A DNA stretch of 64,000 nt from the human T2T-CHM13v2.0 reference genome, Homo sapiens. A program made the translations under genes and the position numbers. The notes under the pieces are model-generated. The model was not told the origin of the DNA. It was given only the letters and a program-made list of their open reading frames with translations, and made no database searches. The stretch is from assembly GCF_009914755.1 (NCBI RefSeq), contig NC_060931.1; one strand, given 5' to 3'. Shown piece by piece: positions 40,201 to 59,290 of the stretch (the stretch's first letter is position 1; every line of letters begins with the position of its first letter).

Positions 40201-40469
40201 TCATATTACAGACAATTACAGACATAATTAGCCCCCATTCCCACCTCTTCACAATTTATTCCCTCCTGCCCCGCTCACCTTAGGTAGCTGCTGCCATGGG
40301 GCCTAGGATGTATATTTCCCTTGAATATTTCTGTATTTTAACTACAAATGCATGTACCTGCATATAATATATAGAATTATTTGGGGGTGTTTATGTGTTA
40401 TATGGTACATAAATGGTACTATACTCAATGGGTTGTTTTACAACTTAAAAAAATTAAACATTATATGTA

Positions 40470-42171
<1,702 letters not shown>

Positions 42172-42344
42172 TTATATTTTTGAATTCACATTGATTATGT
42201 ACACCTATTTCATTCATTTTAACTGCTGTACAGTATTACAATACATAATTATGCTATAGATTATTTTTGTCACTTCCCCTATTGATAAACAATACTGCTG
42301 TGAACATTTAACATGTCCTTAAATACAATATATATGTGAGAATT

Positions 42345-42933
<589 letters not shown>

Positions 42934-43533
42934 TGTGAGAATTTCTTTAGGTATATGTCTAAGAGTGAAATTGTAAGGCATGCACATTATTAACCTTACC
43001 ATTATGTTATTGCTTAATTGCTTTTTAAAATGAGTGCCAGTTTAGACTCCCAGGAGAAAAAGGTAAGAGTTTGTATTTCTCCCAATTCTTGTCAACACCT
43101 GATATTCCTAGACCTTAGCATTTTATGTTTTAACTAGTATAGGTAGAGCTTTTTTTTGATGCATTTTACATGCCATTTTTTTGTTTATAATTTTAAAAAT
43201 TATTTTTGATTAAAGTAAAGGTATGTGATAAAAAAATCTAAGTAGAAAAGCACATTCAATGAAAAGTGAGTCCACTCCCCATTTCTGACCCTATCCCTTA
43301 GTTTTCCTTCCCAGGGGGAAGGAACCTATTTTTTATGTATCCCTTCAGAGATATTCCATGCATCTACAACATACGTGTATGTGTGCATACACACCTACAT
43401 GGCTCCATACCTTGTTTTTCTGATTTAACACAAGATCTTGGAGCCTTTTTTCAATTCATTATTATTTATGTTTACTTCATTTTAAAATGGCTCATTAAAT
43501 ATATCTTCTCCCTTTATTTATGTCTCTGTACAG

Positions 43534-43717
43534 AGATAGAACACTTCCATTTTCCAGCATTATGGAAACCAGTGTCCTCATCTGGACGCTGGCTTTTATT
43601 ACTCATACCTTGAGACAGCCGACAGGGAGCTGCCTCCTAACCTCTCTTTCTGACCAGACCATTCTAGCCAAAGCCATGCAGTTATCCAGATGATTCAGAC
43701 AGAAAGTCCTTACTCAG
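43534..43717 (+). pseudogene. Candidate relic exon (RGS-like alpha3-alpha4 motif)
   Basis: ctgtacag|...cag|gtaatt; ALWKPVSS then (shifted frame) FYYSYLETADRELPPNLSF* with TGA at 43651 where RGS domains have W. Inference. Confidence 0.3.
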
Positions 43718-44427
43718 GTAATTTTTGTAAAAGCAAAGATTGGTAATGACAGTGGTAATGACAAAAATTATAAGAAATAACTGAGAAGTTTATTGTCTTG
43801 GCATAGAAAGAATGCAAAATAATTACTTTAATGTTAATAACATGGGCCTTCTTAAGCACTTACTATTGCTAGGCCTTGTATTTTACTTACATTATATTTT
43901 TAATCCTCTCAGCATTTCTATGAGTGATATTGTTGAGGTGATATGTTGTCATCACCTCCATATTACAGCTGTAGAAATTGGGGCTCAAGCACTTCAATAA
44001 TTGGCCTGAGGTCTCAAAGCTGGTAAAAATTAGTATGGGACAGGATTGAAACCTGGGTTGATGTGACACTAAAGCTTGTGCTCTTAACGACTGCCATATG
44101 GCTCCACACACACATCTGATTTAGTTCACTTATGATTACAAGGGGATATATTTTCAAGTGTCCGAAATATGTCAGTTTATGTATTCATTTTTATAACCAT
44201 AGTGGTTATTAAATATTTTAATATCACCCCAGCAACCAATTTTATTGTTCATTACTCTCTCAAACCTGAGTGATATTCCAGTTAAACGAAACCAGTCACT
44301 CTTACTCAAATAAACCTTGTGTTTTCCAGCCTACCAGTAGATACTTTGGTTCTAGAAATGCTGAGAAGAGTCCTCACGTCATTCAGTTCTGTTTTGCAGT
44401 GGTTCTGCTAAACAATTATAGAGCAAG

Positions 44428-44639
44428 TCCAGGCGCGGCGGCTCACGCCTGTAATCCCAGCACTTTGGGAGGCTAAGGTGGGCGGATCACCTGAGGTTGG
44501 GAGTTTGAGACCAGCCTGACAAACATGGAGAAACCCCATGTCTACAAAAAATACAAAATTAGCTGGGTGTGGTGGCGCATGCCTGTACTCCAGCCTGGGC
44601 AACAAGAGCAAAACTCAGTCTCAAAAGAAAAAAAAAAAA
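44428..44639 (+). mobile_element. AluSp-like with ~90-bp internal deletion of right arm
   Basis: gcctgta|ctccagcc junction; TSD aattatagagcaa. Confidence 0.88.
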
Positions 44640-44943
44640 TTATAGAGCAATTACTAGGTAGCCACAAATGGGAAAACAGTAACAAGGAGACAAAAAGGAT
44701 AGGAAACTCCAGGATTTTTCTAGAGTCTCTGATCACTGACTGAGTCAACAGAGATGGGAGACTTGAAGTCTGCATTCTGCTCTCTACCTCTGCAGAGACA
44801 CCAATCCCTCTTTTTCCTTGAAAAGGAAAGAAAACCACCTCCCTCTTCATTATTTCGATTTGCTTCCATCTTTCCCATTTCTTTTTGACCTGACCCCCAC
44901 AACCTGAGGTTTAGTTATCAACAAGATAATATTCTGTTTTTGA

Positions 44944-45244
<301 letters not shown>

Positions 45245-45426
45245 CTCCATTCTTAACTAAGAACAGAATAGAGCCCCAACAATGGTAGTTTCTGCAATTT
45301 TTGTGAAGCTATGCTTTGTAATGAGGCTAGAGATGGTGGAGAGGAGGAATGAAGGACCTTTCAAATACTGCTGTGCATGATAAGAGGAAGTATGAGCACT
45401 GTTGTAAAGAAGTAGCCTTGTGAACT

Positions 45427-45738
45427 GTCAATCTAAATAACAAACAGAGGGCATTGCAATTCCCCCTTGCAATGTCCTCCTCCTGAATAAGTATCTTTAG
45501 AATAGGGTGTTACAAAAATCATATTTACTCGGAAATAGGGCATTGCAATGGGAATATGTGTGCCATAGTAAACTACGTGGGTATTCAAGGAGGTAAGATA
45601 AGATAAAAGGTTTTAAAGGAAAAATGAAGAGGATTACATAATTGTTTTGAAATGATTATTTTTGGCTACAAGGATCAACAACGAGGGTGATGTCAGTCCG
45701 ACACTGGATAGGCAGTTACTGGGTAGATGTCCTCGCAG
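45427..45738 (-). mobile_element. MER31-like ERV1 LTR fragment
   Basis: tgtcaatctaaataacaaacagag..gcattgcaatgggaata..aaaggaaaaatgaagaggattacataattg. Confidence 0.6.
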
Positions 45739-45744
45739 TAGCTC

Positions 45745-45942
45745 TTACTGACATTTTGGGCTGGACAATTCTTTGTTGTGGGGGCTGTCCTGTGGAATGT
45801 AGAATGTTTAGCAGGATCCTGTCCTCTCTCTACCCGCTGGATGCCAGTAGCATCCTCTGCAGTCATGACAATCAAACATGTTTTCAGTCATCTCTGGTTG
45901 CCCCTTAAAGGGCAAAATTGTCCTCAGTTGAGAGCCACCACC
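45745..45942 (+). mobile_element. MER20-like hAT fossil
   Basis: gacattttgggctggacaattctttgttgtgggggctgtcctgtg..ggcaaaattg..cagttgaga. Confidence 0.8.
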
Positions 45943-48050
45943 AAAGCTGTTCCCTCTGCCTGACACACTCTTCCCCTAAAGATTCATATTTCCACCCCTA
46001 TCACCTCCCACAAATCACTGCAGATCTCACCGTGATGAGCCTCCTCTATCACCTTTTTTAATTACTGCAAACTGTTCCTCTCCTAACTCCTAGCCCCCTT
46101 ACCCTTCTCTACTTTTTTATTTTTATGATCATCTAATGTACTTATTTTTATGTGTTTACACTTGTTGTCTTTCACTACAATGTAAGCTCCTTAAGGGATC
46201 AATTTTCTTTGCTCATATTTCCTATAGCACCTAGAGCATTTCCTCACACATGGTTAAACAGTAATAAAAATACATACGCAAAAGATATAGATGAAAAGTC
46301 CAGCTCTTACTCCTGATCTCTGTCCTCCTAGTTCTTCACTCCCAAATCAAGTAACTGCTTTTATCAGTTATTAGTGTATCCTTTCAGAGTTTTTTATGCA
46401 AAATCAAGCAAGTAGGAACATATATTTCTATTCCTAATTTTTAAAACCAAAAGTTGGCACATTTAGACACCATTCAGCACCTTCCTTTTTTTCATTTAAG
46501 CTTATACGCATTATGAGAATAGTTTTTCTGTCTAGAAAGATTTTTGCCTTCCTGTTTGAACCTTTCCTGTGGTTGAAACTTGGAGATCCGCAGCCTAGTA
46601 AATACTGGCCTGACTTTCCTGTCCTTTCACCAGGAGAAAAGTTGATTTTCCCGTTAAACTTGAATTCAGATTTCAGCCAGACCCCAGCCAGTCAGCAGGT
46701 CTGCCTGCCTTGTTTCCTGTATGAGAGCTATTCATTGACTCAAGTCCATATGTCATTTGATTATTTTGGATTATGTGACAAGCTTTTTAAATTTTCTTTT
46801 TGATATAAATTAAATTGGTTGCCTCTAGGACAGGGCTGAGGATTGGTAGTTCTTGGAAATCAGCCAGCCTGTGAGTGTAGGGGGATCCCTGGGGATGCAG
46901 ACAGTGTTAACCTGGACCCTTTGAATAAGAATTCCCCAGGGTGTTCTGGACAGCCTTTCCAGCAGGAGCTGCAGGAGGGGACCCAGGCGGGCGCAGCTCC
47001 TCACACACCCTCCACTGCCCTGGAGGTGACCTAGATGTTTATTGAGAAATGGCTCCTCTGGATTTCTGTGCAGAGGGAGAAAGGCTTTTTCTGCCTCGTT
47101 TTTACATACGGTGGTCCTCCACCTACCATGAAAGGCAAAAACTGGGAGGCCCAGGGAGATAGCTAGTTGCTTGAGGAGTCCAAATGTACCAAAGGTCCAA
47201 GATGAAAAATCTGGCCTGGGGCCAGTGGTGTGACTCTGTGATGAGCATTTTATTCTGCAGCCGCAAATGAATGGTGTATGTTTGAAAATGAAGTACTTAG
47301 TGATTATTACTTGAGAGGTCTTAAAACATTTAGCTCTCAACTTATCAGGCCTCCATGTATGACATTTCACATTAGCCAAAACGGATGGAATTTTTAAAGA
47401 CCTAAAAGATAAAATACGCAACAACTTTCGAAATTGTAACAGAGAATTAGAATGACAGATCACTACTGGTTAAAAAAAGCTATTATCTTGGGTGTACATA
47501 CAAAAGACCCTCTTCTCGTTTGGGAGGGACATGTTCAGGTCACTATAGTCAAACATTATTTTTCTCTCTTTAGTTCCAGAAAGGCTAACAAGAAGTTGCG
47601 GCAGACAAAAAGAACAGCTGGATCATGCATCTTTCAAATGGGAAAAACTTATACCCTTAATCACAGATGAACCCGTGAGGAAATACTTTAGAAAAGATTG
47701 AACTCATCCTTTCATAGAATATGCAATCTAATCAGCACTCTGAGAAAAGCAGAGAGGAAGGATTAGAAATAATAGTCTGTGTTTATTTTTGTCTGGGATC
47801 TATGGAAATGTAGGTTTATGACTTGACTTGAGCTCTCACAGTTAAAATATATGGCGTATAGAATAGTACTTGCTGCCAGGTCTAGCCCGGCCTCATTCGA
47901 TTTCACAAGGTAAGTGGCAGGCTGAGTATCCACTGGAATTAGCTATGGTTTGCTGGGAAAAGAAATATCTATTAGTTTAGGTCTTCTTTGCTTTTTTATT
48001 TTAAAATATACATTAAATACATTTCAGGATACATTAAAACATATACATGA

Positions 48051-48775
<725 letters not shown>

Positions 48776-48784
48776 AGGTACTTT

Positions 48785-49691
<907 letters not shown>

Positions 49692-50314
49692 TGTTCTCTG
49701 CTCTTTAAGAGTGATAACTATGGCATTTTAGCCAGGGGGTTATCGGGATTTGAGTATAGAGCACATATTTGATTCAGCTGGTTCACAGTTGTATTTTATC
49801 CTTCCCATCCCCATTCCCAATTGTTTCATTTGTTCAATGTTTACTGAGCCGGTTGCCAGTATTGGAGGATTACAGTAAGAAGAAAACAAGATAAACAGTT
49901 ATGAGGGTTCCCTGGGACATAGAAACTCACACTGGGCCATGTTGACCTATGCCTTACCCTGTGTTCTCTTGGTGGTAAAACTCAAATTTCAAACATCACT
50001 CTAACAAAGTCTAAGGACAATCAATATTTTTACTCATCTCCTAAATAATACAAGAAACTAGGCATGCTTAAATTTCTTTCTGCATCCTCTTCTTCAATTT
50101 TCTACATTTTAATCAAGTGTTTTATTTCTACTTTGTTTTATAAGTCAATATTTATTTAGCACTAGTAACACTTAACAACTGATATCTTTGCTCACTATTG
50201 CAACTGGCTTCCCTTACCTTTTTTCTGGATTCATTTCCTTTTTTCTGAGATATATTTATTAGTAATTTTTTTGGAATGAATCTGGTCACATTTAACCTTC
50301 TTTTGTTTTTTACT

Positions 50315-50840
<526 letters not shown>

Positions 50841-52539
50841 AAGATCAATAGCACTGTCTAGCTGCTGTCTCAATGTTCAGATCAGTCTTCACAATGGTCA
50901 ACTGTGCCCAGTTCCTGCCTTTTCTTCTCTATCACCTTCATTGTTAAATCTCTGTGGCTTAACACAATTAAAATGAAATTCTCATTCATGTCTTAGTCTA
51001 ACGTGTCAGGTGGCTCTCTTGAGTAGCTTCCCTCCAACCAGTGCCTCAGAGATCCTTGCTGTTTTCATTTTATGATTCTGCCACACTGAGTTCTTTCCAG
51101 GGAGTCTATTGGCTATTTAGCATGTTTGTGTGTATGTGTATGTGTGTGTGTTTTTTCAGACAAACCTAGAAGTGGTGCACATTACTTCTATTGTATCATG
51201 TTGGCCAGAAATCCAATTGCATAGCCCCAAAGAAGTTGAGAAATGTAGTCATCCTGTTTGCCCAGGAGGAATGTTTAGTGAATTCACGGCATTACCTCTG
51301 CCACATTATGACATAGAATTCTTGGTTGGCAGTTATTTTTTCTTAGCACTTTAAAGATTTTATTTCATTTTCTTTTGGCATCTATTATTCATGAGAAATT
51401 CATGGTCAGTCTGATTGTTGTTTTTCTGTTGATAATCTGTCTTTTCTCTCTGGTATCATTTAAGATTCTTCTATTTGTCCTTGATGGTCTGCTATTTTGC
51501 TCTCATGGGTCTCTTTGTAGATTTGTTTTTATTTATCCTGAAGAGAAGTTGATGTGCTTTTTTAATCTGAGAAAACTTTTAAAACAATCTGGGAAATTCC
51601 AAGTCAGGATATCTTTGAATATTGATTTTCTGCCGTTCTGTTTTTTCCTTCAGGAACTTTTAGATCTATTTTCCATGTCTCTTAACTTCTTGTTCATATT
51701 TTCTATGTTTAATCTATTGTTTAACTTGTCTGTTGAGTTTTTTTATTTTAGTGAGAATATTTGTTATTGTCTGGGATATATACATACTGGTTTTTTCCCC
51801 AACTCATCCTGTTCTTTTGTTCTTACTTTGTGAATTCTATTTCTTCATCTCTCTGAACATTTTAAACATTTATTTTGAGGGTCCCTCAGACCAATTTTCA
51901 AATTAAAATTACTCTACGATCTGTAGTTTGTTGGGTGTGAATTATCCTATTTCTTAGGTCTGTGGGCTAGGTTCCTTGAATCTCTTTTTCCACGAGAGTC
52001 ACATGTGTGCGTTAGAGTTGTTTCATAGCGTTCTCTGCTCGGGCCCTATATTCACCAGTTCTATTTTTTAATGTTGCCCAGGCTGGACTTTGAACTCCTG
52101 GGCTCAAATAATCCCCCTGCCTCAGCCTTCTGAGTAGCTAGAACTACAGGCATGTGCCACCATGTCTGGCTTGATGCAACTTTTGTTTTACTTTTCGGTT
52201 TGGGGTTTCTTAATGGCAAAGATAGTATACAATTTGGAGCCCATGCTCAGAAAGGCTTGGAGGTCTGGTTTCCTGAGAATGACCTATCTATACTTTCTAA
52301 TTAGAGAGAATTTTGCTAGAGGAAATAGAAGAATTTAGCTAGAAAAGTAAAGCATGACATTTAATAATGGATTCTTGAGTTAGATTGACTTAAGTTCAAG
52401 TTCTGTCTTTATCAGTTAGCAGGTATGTGACTTCATTAAAGTTATCTAATTTTTCTGAGCATACATTTCCTCATTGTAAGGTGGAATATATTCACTTCTT
52501 AGCTCATGGATGTTAATCACCGTTAGTTATGATTTCTAG

Positions 52540-52691
52540 CTGCAGATCAAGGACAAAGGAAAATTTCTTTGTACCAAGTACCTCAGCCCAAGCAGGAAGA
52601 CCTATTGAAGGAGCAGGTCAAGGGAAATATCTGTAAAAGTTGGAGAAATGCCCTCCAGTTGTCAGCATCAGGAAAGTGTGAAGGGTGAAAG
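52540..52691 (+). pseudogene. Candidate relic exon (RGS-like alpha5 motif)
   Basis: ttctag|...aag|gtagga; LQIKDKGKFLCTKYLSPS, then AGRPIE in the next frame. Inference. Confidence 0.3.
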
Positions 52692-53994
52692 GTAGGAACA
52701 CTTAAGACATGACTGTCTCTCCTGCTGTGTGGTCATTATTCCTTACTGTCTTCCCCTAGCCTCTCAGTCAACAGGAACCATGTTGGTCAATGGTAGCAGC
52801 GTCTAAGGTATCAATCTTCATGATGACCAGTGCAATCTGCCTAAGGGCAGAGGACTTTTTAAAAGTGCTAAGTGAATACTATAATCATTTCAGGATAACT
52901 ATTATTGAGTTGAAAAATATGAGATAAAAACAAAGTAAATCACTTTTATTATTTGAACCTTAAAATTTTTTATTTACTTAAGTTTTATCTCATTGTTATT
53001 ATGATTCTTAAAGTGACTTCATTGTTTGGAAATCTAAAATTTGCTTACCATTTTCTTTCTGTTTTACTTTTTTCTTGTGTTCCCACCTCTATTTCAATGC
53101 AACTTTTCCCTAAGCATCTCTGTACCATGTTTGTCAGTATAAAGGAGGGTTAGACAAAAAGAAAGAAAGAAAGAAAAAAAGGAAGGAAGGAAAACACACT
53201 GGTTTTACATAAGCATTAATATATGTTTCACATGCTGATAAAGTACAGTACTGCACTAATCTAGTTGAGTCTTTCTTAGTCGTCTGCCACCTGGTCTGTA
53301 TCCTGAGTTATCCTTGAATTCCAGTTTACAATGGCTGACCCATTTAACCTCCCCATAAGGTTAAAACCCACATATAAGAGGCCTCACTGCTATTCAACTT
53401 GTCAAAGAAGGTTGAGTTTGACCAGGACCCTATCCTTCTAAGGTGGAATCTGGGAAATATCCAAGCACTTCCAAGTGATAATGCAAGCAAGAGACTCCTC
53501 AGCTATTGACCAGTTTTGCCCCAACAGTCTTCACTACCTCCTGGCATGAGAAAAGGAAAAGTCTGACAAGCCTCAGCTTCTAAGTTTTAGAAAAAGGTCT
53601 ATGGAAATAATTTTCTTTCCTATTTTTAATGCTTCATAACTCTAATTATATCATAAATAATGCTTACTTCATGTTTAATGGGGCCAACATCATGTATGAT
53701 GGCACTTTATCTGAGAAGGCATAAAACTGGAGCAAGAAATCATTACCAAGAATGCAAAGCAAATTTGAAAAATCAGCAAAGTTTAAAATGAAATGTTCCT
53801 AGTTGATTTCATGTGCTACTTGCCTAATGACACTGTAATAGATGACTTTAACTAAATCTAGAGCTGCTAGTGCAGCATGGAGAGTCACTTTTTCAACTCT
53901 TCATGTAGTACCACAAGGATCAGGATGATGCTTTTGCATACACCTGGGCACAGCTGCAGCTCAAATGTGTGAAACTTCCCACAAGGTCATGGGC

Positions 53995-54372
53995 ACCTGC
54001 TGTTTTTGTCTGCCCAGCATTCATTCCCCTCTTTTCTGGTAACAGAACCAGCTTCTCTTTGGGGGAATTCCCTCTTCCGTATGGGTGGGCCCTTTTGGTG
54101 AGACTGCCCTGCCATCCCCTAGTTAAGTGATGGCCACAAGACCCAAGCCTGGCCAATCAGGTGTTCTCTCGAGTGGAGTCTGTAAAACCAAGATGGTGGT
54201 TATTGATTCCCCTAGGCAGAGGCCCCCTGAAGAGACTGCCCTTAGAGCCTGGAGCTACTCCAGTCCTAATCCTTCAGCTTTTCTAATTTTTCTCCCATTA
54301 AATTATTTTATCCCCTTGTTAACATTGTTAATTCACTTCTGTTGCTTGCAACAAAAACCCAAATTGACACAC
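53995..54372 (+). mobile_element. LTR16-like ERVL LTR
   Basis: cattcccctcttttctggtaacag..gacccaagcctggccaatcag..tctgttgcttgcaac. Confidence 0.55.
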
Positions 54373-55045
54373 CAATACGTACTTCCTGGTATGGCAGGCT
54401 GGCGCTCTCCCACCAAACCCTCCTTCAGAAGGAAAGGGTGCTTTTACACCTTCTTAGAGCAGAATGTCTGAAGGGGAAGCTCTGACTTGGAACAACCACT
54501 CATAGAAAAGACTTCTCTGACGACATGACATTTGTTTGTAAATAAATGGCAGAGGAGTGCTCCAGTTGTGGTGCATTTTCTTGCTTAGAAGGAGTGCTAG
54601 GGAAGATAGTCCATGCTCTGGAATCAAACTGCCTGTCCTCAAATCCCGGCTTTGTGACTCAACTAAACCTCCGTTTCTTAATCTGTTAAAAGAGAATAGT
54701 TGCATCTACTTTTAGGGTAGTTAAAAATTAAATAAGATAATTCACGTAAAGTGTTTAACACAATGCTTGGTACATATAGATCCTCAACAAAGTGAGTTCA
54801 TTGTGACAATATGCTTAAAATACACTTCTCTAGGTTTCCTTTAATTTGGTCTGTATGGCAGCTCTTTGGGATAATAAGATCAAGTAAATGCAATGTCCCT
54901 CAGGCGCAAAGATAGAATGTGACCCACTATCAATTGGACACGCGCTTAGAATTATTTAACTAGTAGTGATTGTAAGAGCCTTGAGTCAGAAACTGTTGAA
55001 ATGAGTCTTGAGATAGAGCTCTCTCTATTTAATTACTATCTATTA

Positions 55046-55385
55046 CAGTCAGTCTTCCCTGTCCATGGGTTCTGTGGCCAAGGATTTAACCAACCACAGA
55101 GAAAAAAATATTTGAAAAAAAAAAAAACAATAAAAAATAGCAATACAACAATAAAAAATAATACAAATAAAAACCCAATACAGTATAATAATTATTTACA
55201 CAGCATTTACATTGTATTAGGTATTATAAGTAATTAGAGATGATTTAAAGTATAAGAGAGGATGTGCGTAGGTTAAAGGCAAATACTATGCCATTTTATA
55301 TCAGGGACTTGAGCATCCATGGATTTTGGTATGTGGGGGAGTTGGGTCTTGGAACTAATACCATGTGGATACCCAGGGACAACTG
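55046..55385 (+). mobile_element. Tigger3-type non-autonomous DNA transposon fossil
   Basis: cagt...actg termini flanked by TA; catttacattgtattaggtattataagtaa core. Confidence 0.8.
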
Positions 55386-57079
55386 TACATTCGCTCTTTC
55401 TTTTTTACATTATCCCCTTTCATTCCTCTTTCCTCCTCACCTCTTTTTAGCCACAATCTCATAGCTGCACAGCAACTCGGATTCAAGAAATAGTTACTGA
55501 GAGTCAGGCCCTGTCCATACAGATGAATTAGGAGGCTTTCTGTGCTCAAGGCCTCAGTCTGGTTCTCACCTTCGTTTCCAGCATTTTCACCAACATTCAG
55601 CCTCTCAGGAACTCTTTTCTGAATGGTTGAAAGGACTTCCTAACTGACCTTTCACCTCTCTCCCCACTTCTTTCTTCCACCTTTCGAATCTCTCTGCTAC
55701 ATCAATCTCCCTGAAATTCAGCTCTCACCACCTATTTCTGCAAACCCCCTCTCGCCACATCGCGCCACATTACCTACCAAATAAAGCCAACAGTTTTCTT
55801 TCTGGTGTGTGGGGTCCTCCACAATATGGCGTCACCTTTCCTTCTCTCCTTCCTCCTGTTCCCCATGGCCCTGACCATCATCTGTCCTTCTCCAGCAGGC
55901 TCTGCATTCCCTATCCAGCTTTTGATCCATTTGCAATCCCCTCCTCACATGGGCCAAAACCCTGCCCATTCTATAAGGCCAGGAATAAATGCCGCTTTAT
56001 AATTTGTCCCTGTTTCCCAAAGCCTGTAAAGGCTCTTCCTCCCCTCAGCCTCTACAGTGCATTGTAACTCTGTTTCAGCTTTATAGGACTCTGCCTTGTT
56101 TCATAGCTATTTAGGTAAGACAGGAAGAACTTTCTGCCTGTGAAAAGGAGACACTGAAATGTACTTTCAAGGAAGGAGGGAAGAATTTAGCTTTCTCTGC
56201 AAGTTTTGAAGAAAGAGATCCATCTTTGAGGGAAATTTTATATGAGGTCTTGTCTGGAGGTCAGTCAATGAACTGATGGCCGCCAAAGGGTCTGGGTAAT
56301 TAAAATTCTAGTAAATTTCTTGAGACGGTTTTAATTCCTTGAGACAGCACATGCATGTAGATCCGTAGGGAGAACACTAGAACAGGTTCTATTGAAGGAA
56401 ACTAAGAACTATCATGGAGCTGTTTTCACTTTGCCAAAGGAAAGAGTAGCCAGGCCTCCTAGAGACTGGGCTGTTTTGGGGTTCTCCATACCTTGTTGGG
56501 ACTAGGTAAGTTATTTTTCCTTCTTCTATGGTGATTTAGATCTTGGGATCCCTGTCCAATTCATTTCCTGGTTATTTGCAGAAATCTTGAGTATGTGGGT
56601 CCCTATCAGGAAACAGTGTGAAAGAGGGGAGATATTGGATTGCCAGCACTCTTCACATGTATTATGTGTTTAACTCCCATATCCACACATAAGGCAGAAA
56701 TCATTTCCTCCATTTTTTAAAATGCCAAAATATTAGAAGTTTAGTGACTGGTTGAGGATTACTGAATAAGTGTTGAAATGGGTATTGAAACTGAGGTCAT
56801 ACTCTTCCTAATTCCATTCAAACCTCCCCCCACCCCTTTGTTGTCATCAGTTCTCCTTTTGGACTTTCTCTCCCATATGGCCCTAGAACTAACCTGTTGG
56901 CCCAACTTCCACCAATTTCTCACTGCCATATAAATCTGAGGCCTGTCCTTCACCTTCTCCCAGAATCAAAGGAGATTTGTGTGTGTGTGTGTCCCATTCT
57001 TTCTGGGCTATGTTATTAGCCAATCCAGAGATGATTACGAGCTAAACTATCAGTGATCTGTTATGACTCAAAGTCTATT

Positions 57080-57900
<821 letters not shown>

Positions 57901-59005
57901 TCTTTTTGGTTTTAGGTTTTTCTTTTCTTTTCTTTTTAAAGAATTGCATTTGAATAGGAAACTCCTGGATACCATGCATCTAACCCTATTTGGTAATATT
58001 TTAGACAATCATAATGGATGAAGTAAAAGGGTCCTTCTGACATCTGCTATCTGTTGCCAAGTAAGCATTTGAACTTTTTGCTTATAAGTAAAGGAATTCC
58101 CTAATTATTTAACACTTAGGTCATTTTCAGTTTTTACTTCCAGAAATGGTACCTTAAAGATCATCTTCACACATAGCCTTTTCCTCCAGTTTTGGTCTGA
58201 TATAATAGGATTGAGTTCCAGAAGGAGGATCTTTGGGTCAAAAATATTTAACATTTATTAAGTTACTGTATTGTTTTTCAAATGGGTGGTACCAATTTAC
58301 CATGCAATCAGCGATGTATGAGAGTACATATTTTGCCACATCTTTACCAGTATTGAATGTTCCCAGTTAATTCAAATTTATTGTATTTATAAATCTAATT
58401 ATACTATAATTTCTGGGATTATATTTAGTATATCTTAAAATTTTGATGTGCTATGAGAACCTCCAGAGCAGTAGGAAAAAATATAAAATATCCTATTTAT
58501 TATGCTGAGAATTCTAAGAAGGTTTTTATCTAGGCAGAGTGAAAAATTGTGGAGTAGATCTAGGGAGACTGAAAAATTCCCTGGTTGGTTCCTGAAGAAC
58601 ACCATCACTACTTAAAAGACCTCTCTATCCTCTCTCCATCAAAATCTCATGCCAAATCTGCATTCTACTTCATTCTAAGGTATTATCTCAAAAGGAATTT
58701 GCAAGATGCAAATTTTCATGTACCTAAGGGATAGCTATATGCTTAGAATAGTGACTGGCCCCTCATGACATCAGTGGAAAATGAAAATCTTTGCTAATTA
58801 GGTGCCTTTGTAGTAAGAAAACATAATGATTTCTATTATGCAAATAAGTATGAGCATTTCTTTCATTATAAACTGCAATTCTTCTTTGTTATGTGAGAGC
58901 AAGGACTAATTTTATTTTCAGATCAATAGTTGGTATGCCGAGTTAATAGATGTGCAATGTTAATACAGTATAAAATAGCAAATTAGGCTACTTGGGTTTG
59001 AGAGC

Positions 59006-59290
59006 TTTTTTTTTTTTTTGAGACGGAGTCTCACTCTGTCGTCCAGCTGGAGTGCAAAATGGCACCATTTCGGCTCACTGCAACCTCTGCCTCTCAGGTT
59101 CAAGCAGTAGCCTCCCAAGTAGCTGGGATTATAGACATGCGCCACCACACTGGGCTAATTTTGTACTTTTAGTAGAGACAGGGTTTTGCCATTTTGGCCA
59201 GGCTGGTCTCGAACTCCTGACCTCAGGTGATCCACCCACCTCAGCCTCCCAAAATGCTGGGATTACAGGCATGAGCCACTGTGCCTGGCC
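59006..59290 (-). mobile_element. AluS
   Basis: Dimer with small deletions. Confidence 0.88.

Noticed and set aside
51375-51833. 152-aa hydrophobic ORF (membrane protein-like)
   Set aside because: T-rich antisense old L1 sequence; compositional artefact, as is 3199-3537.
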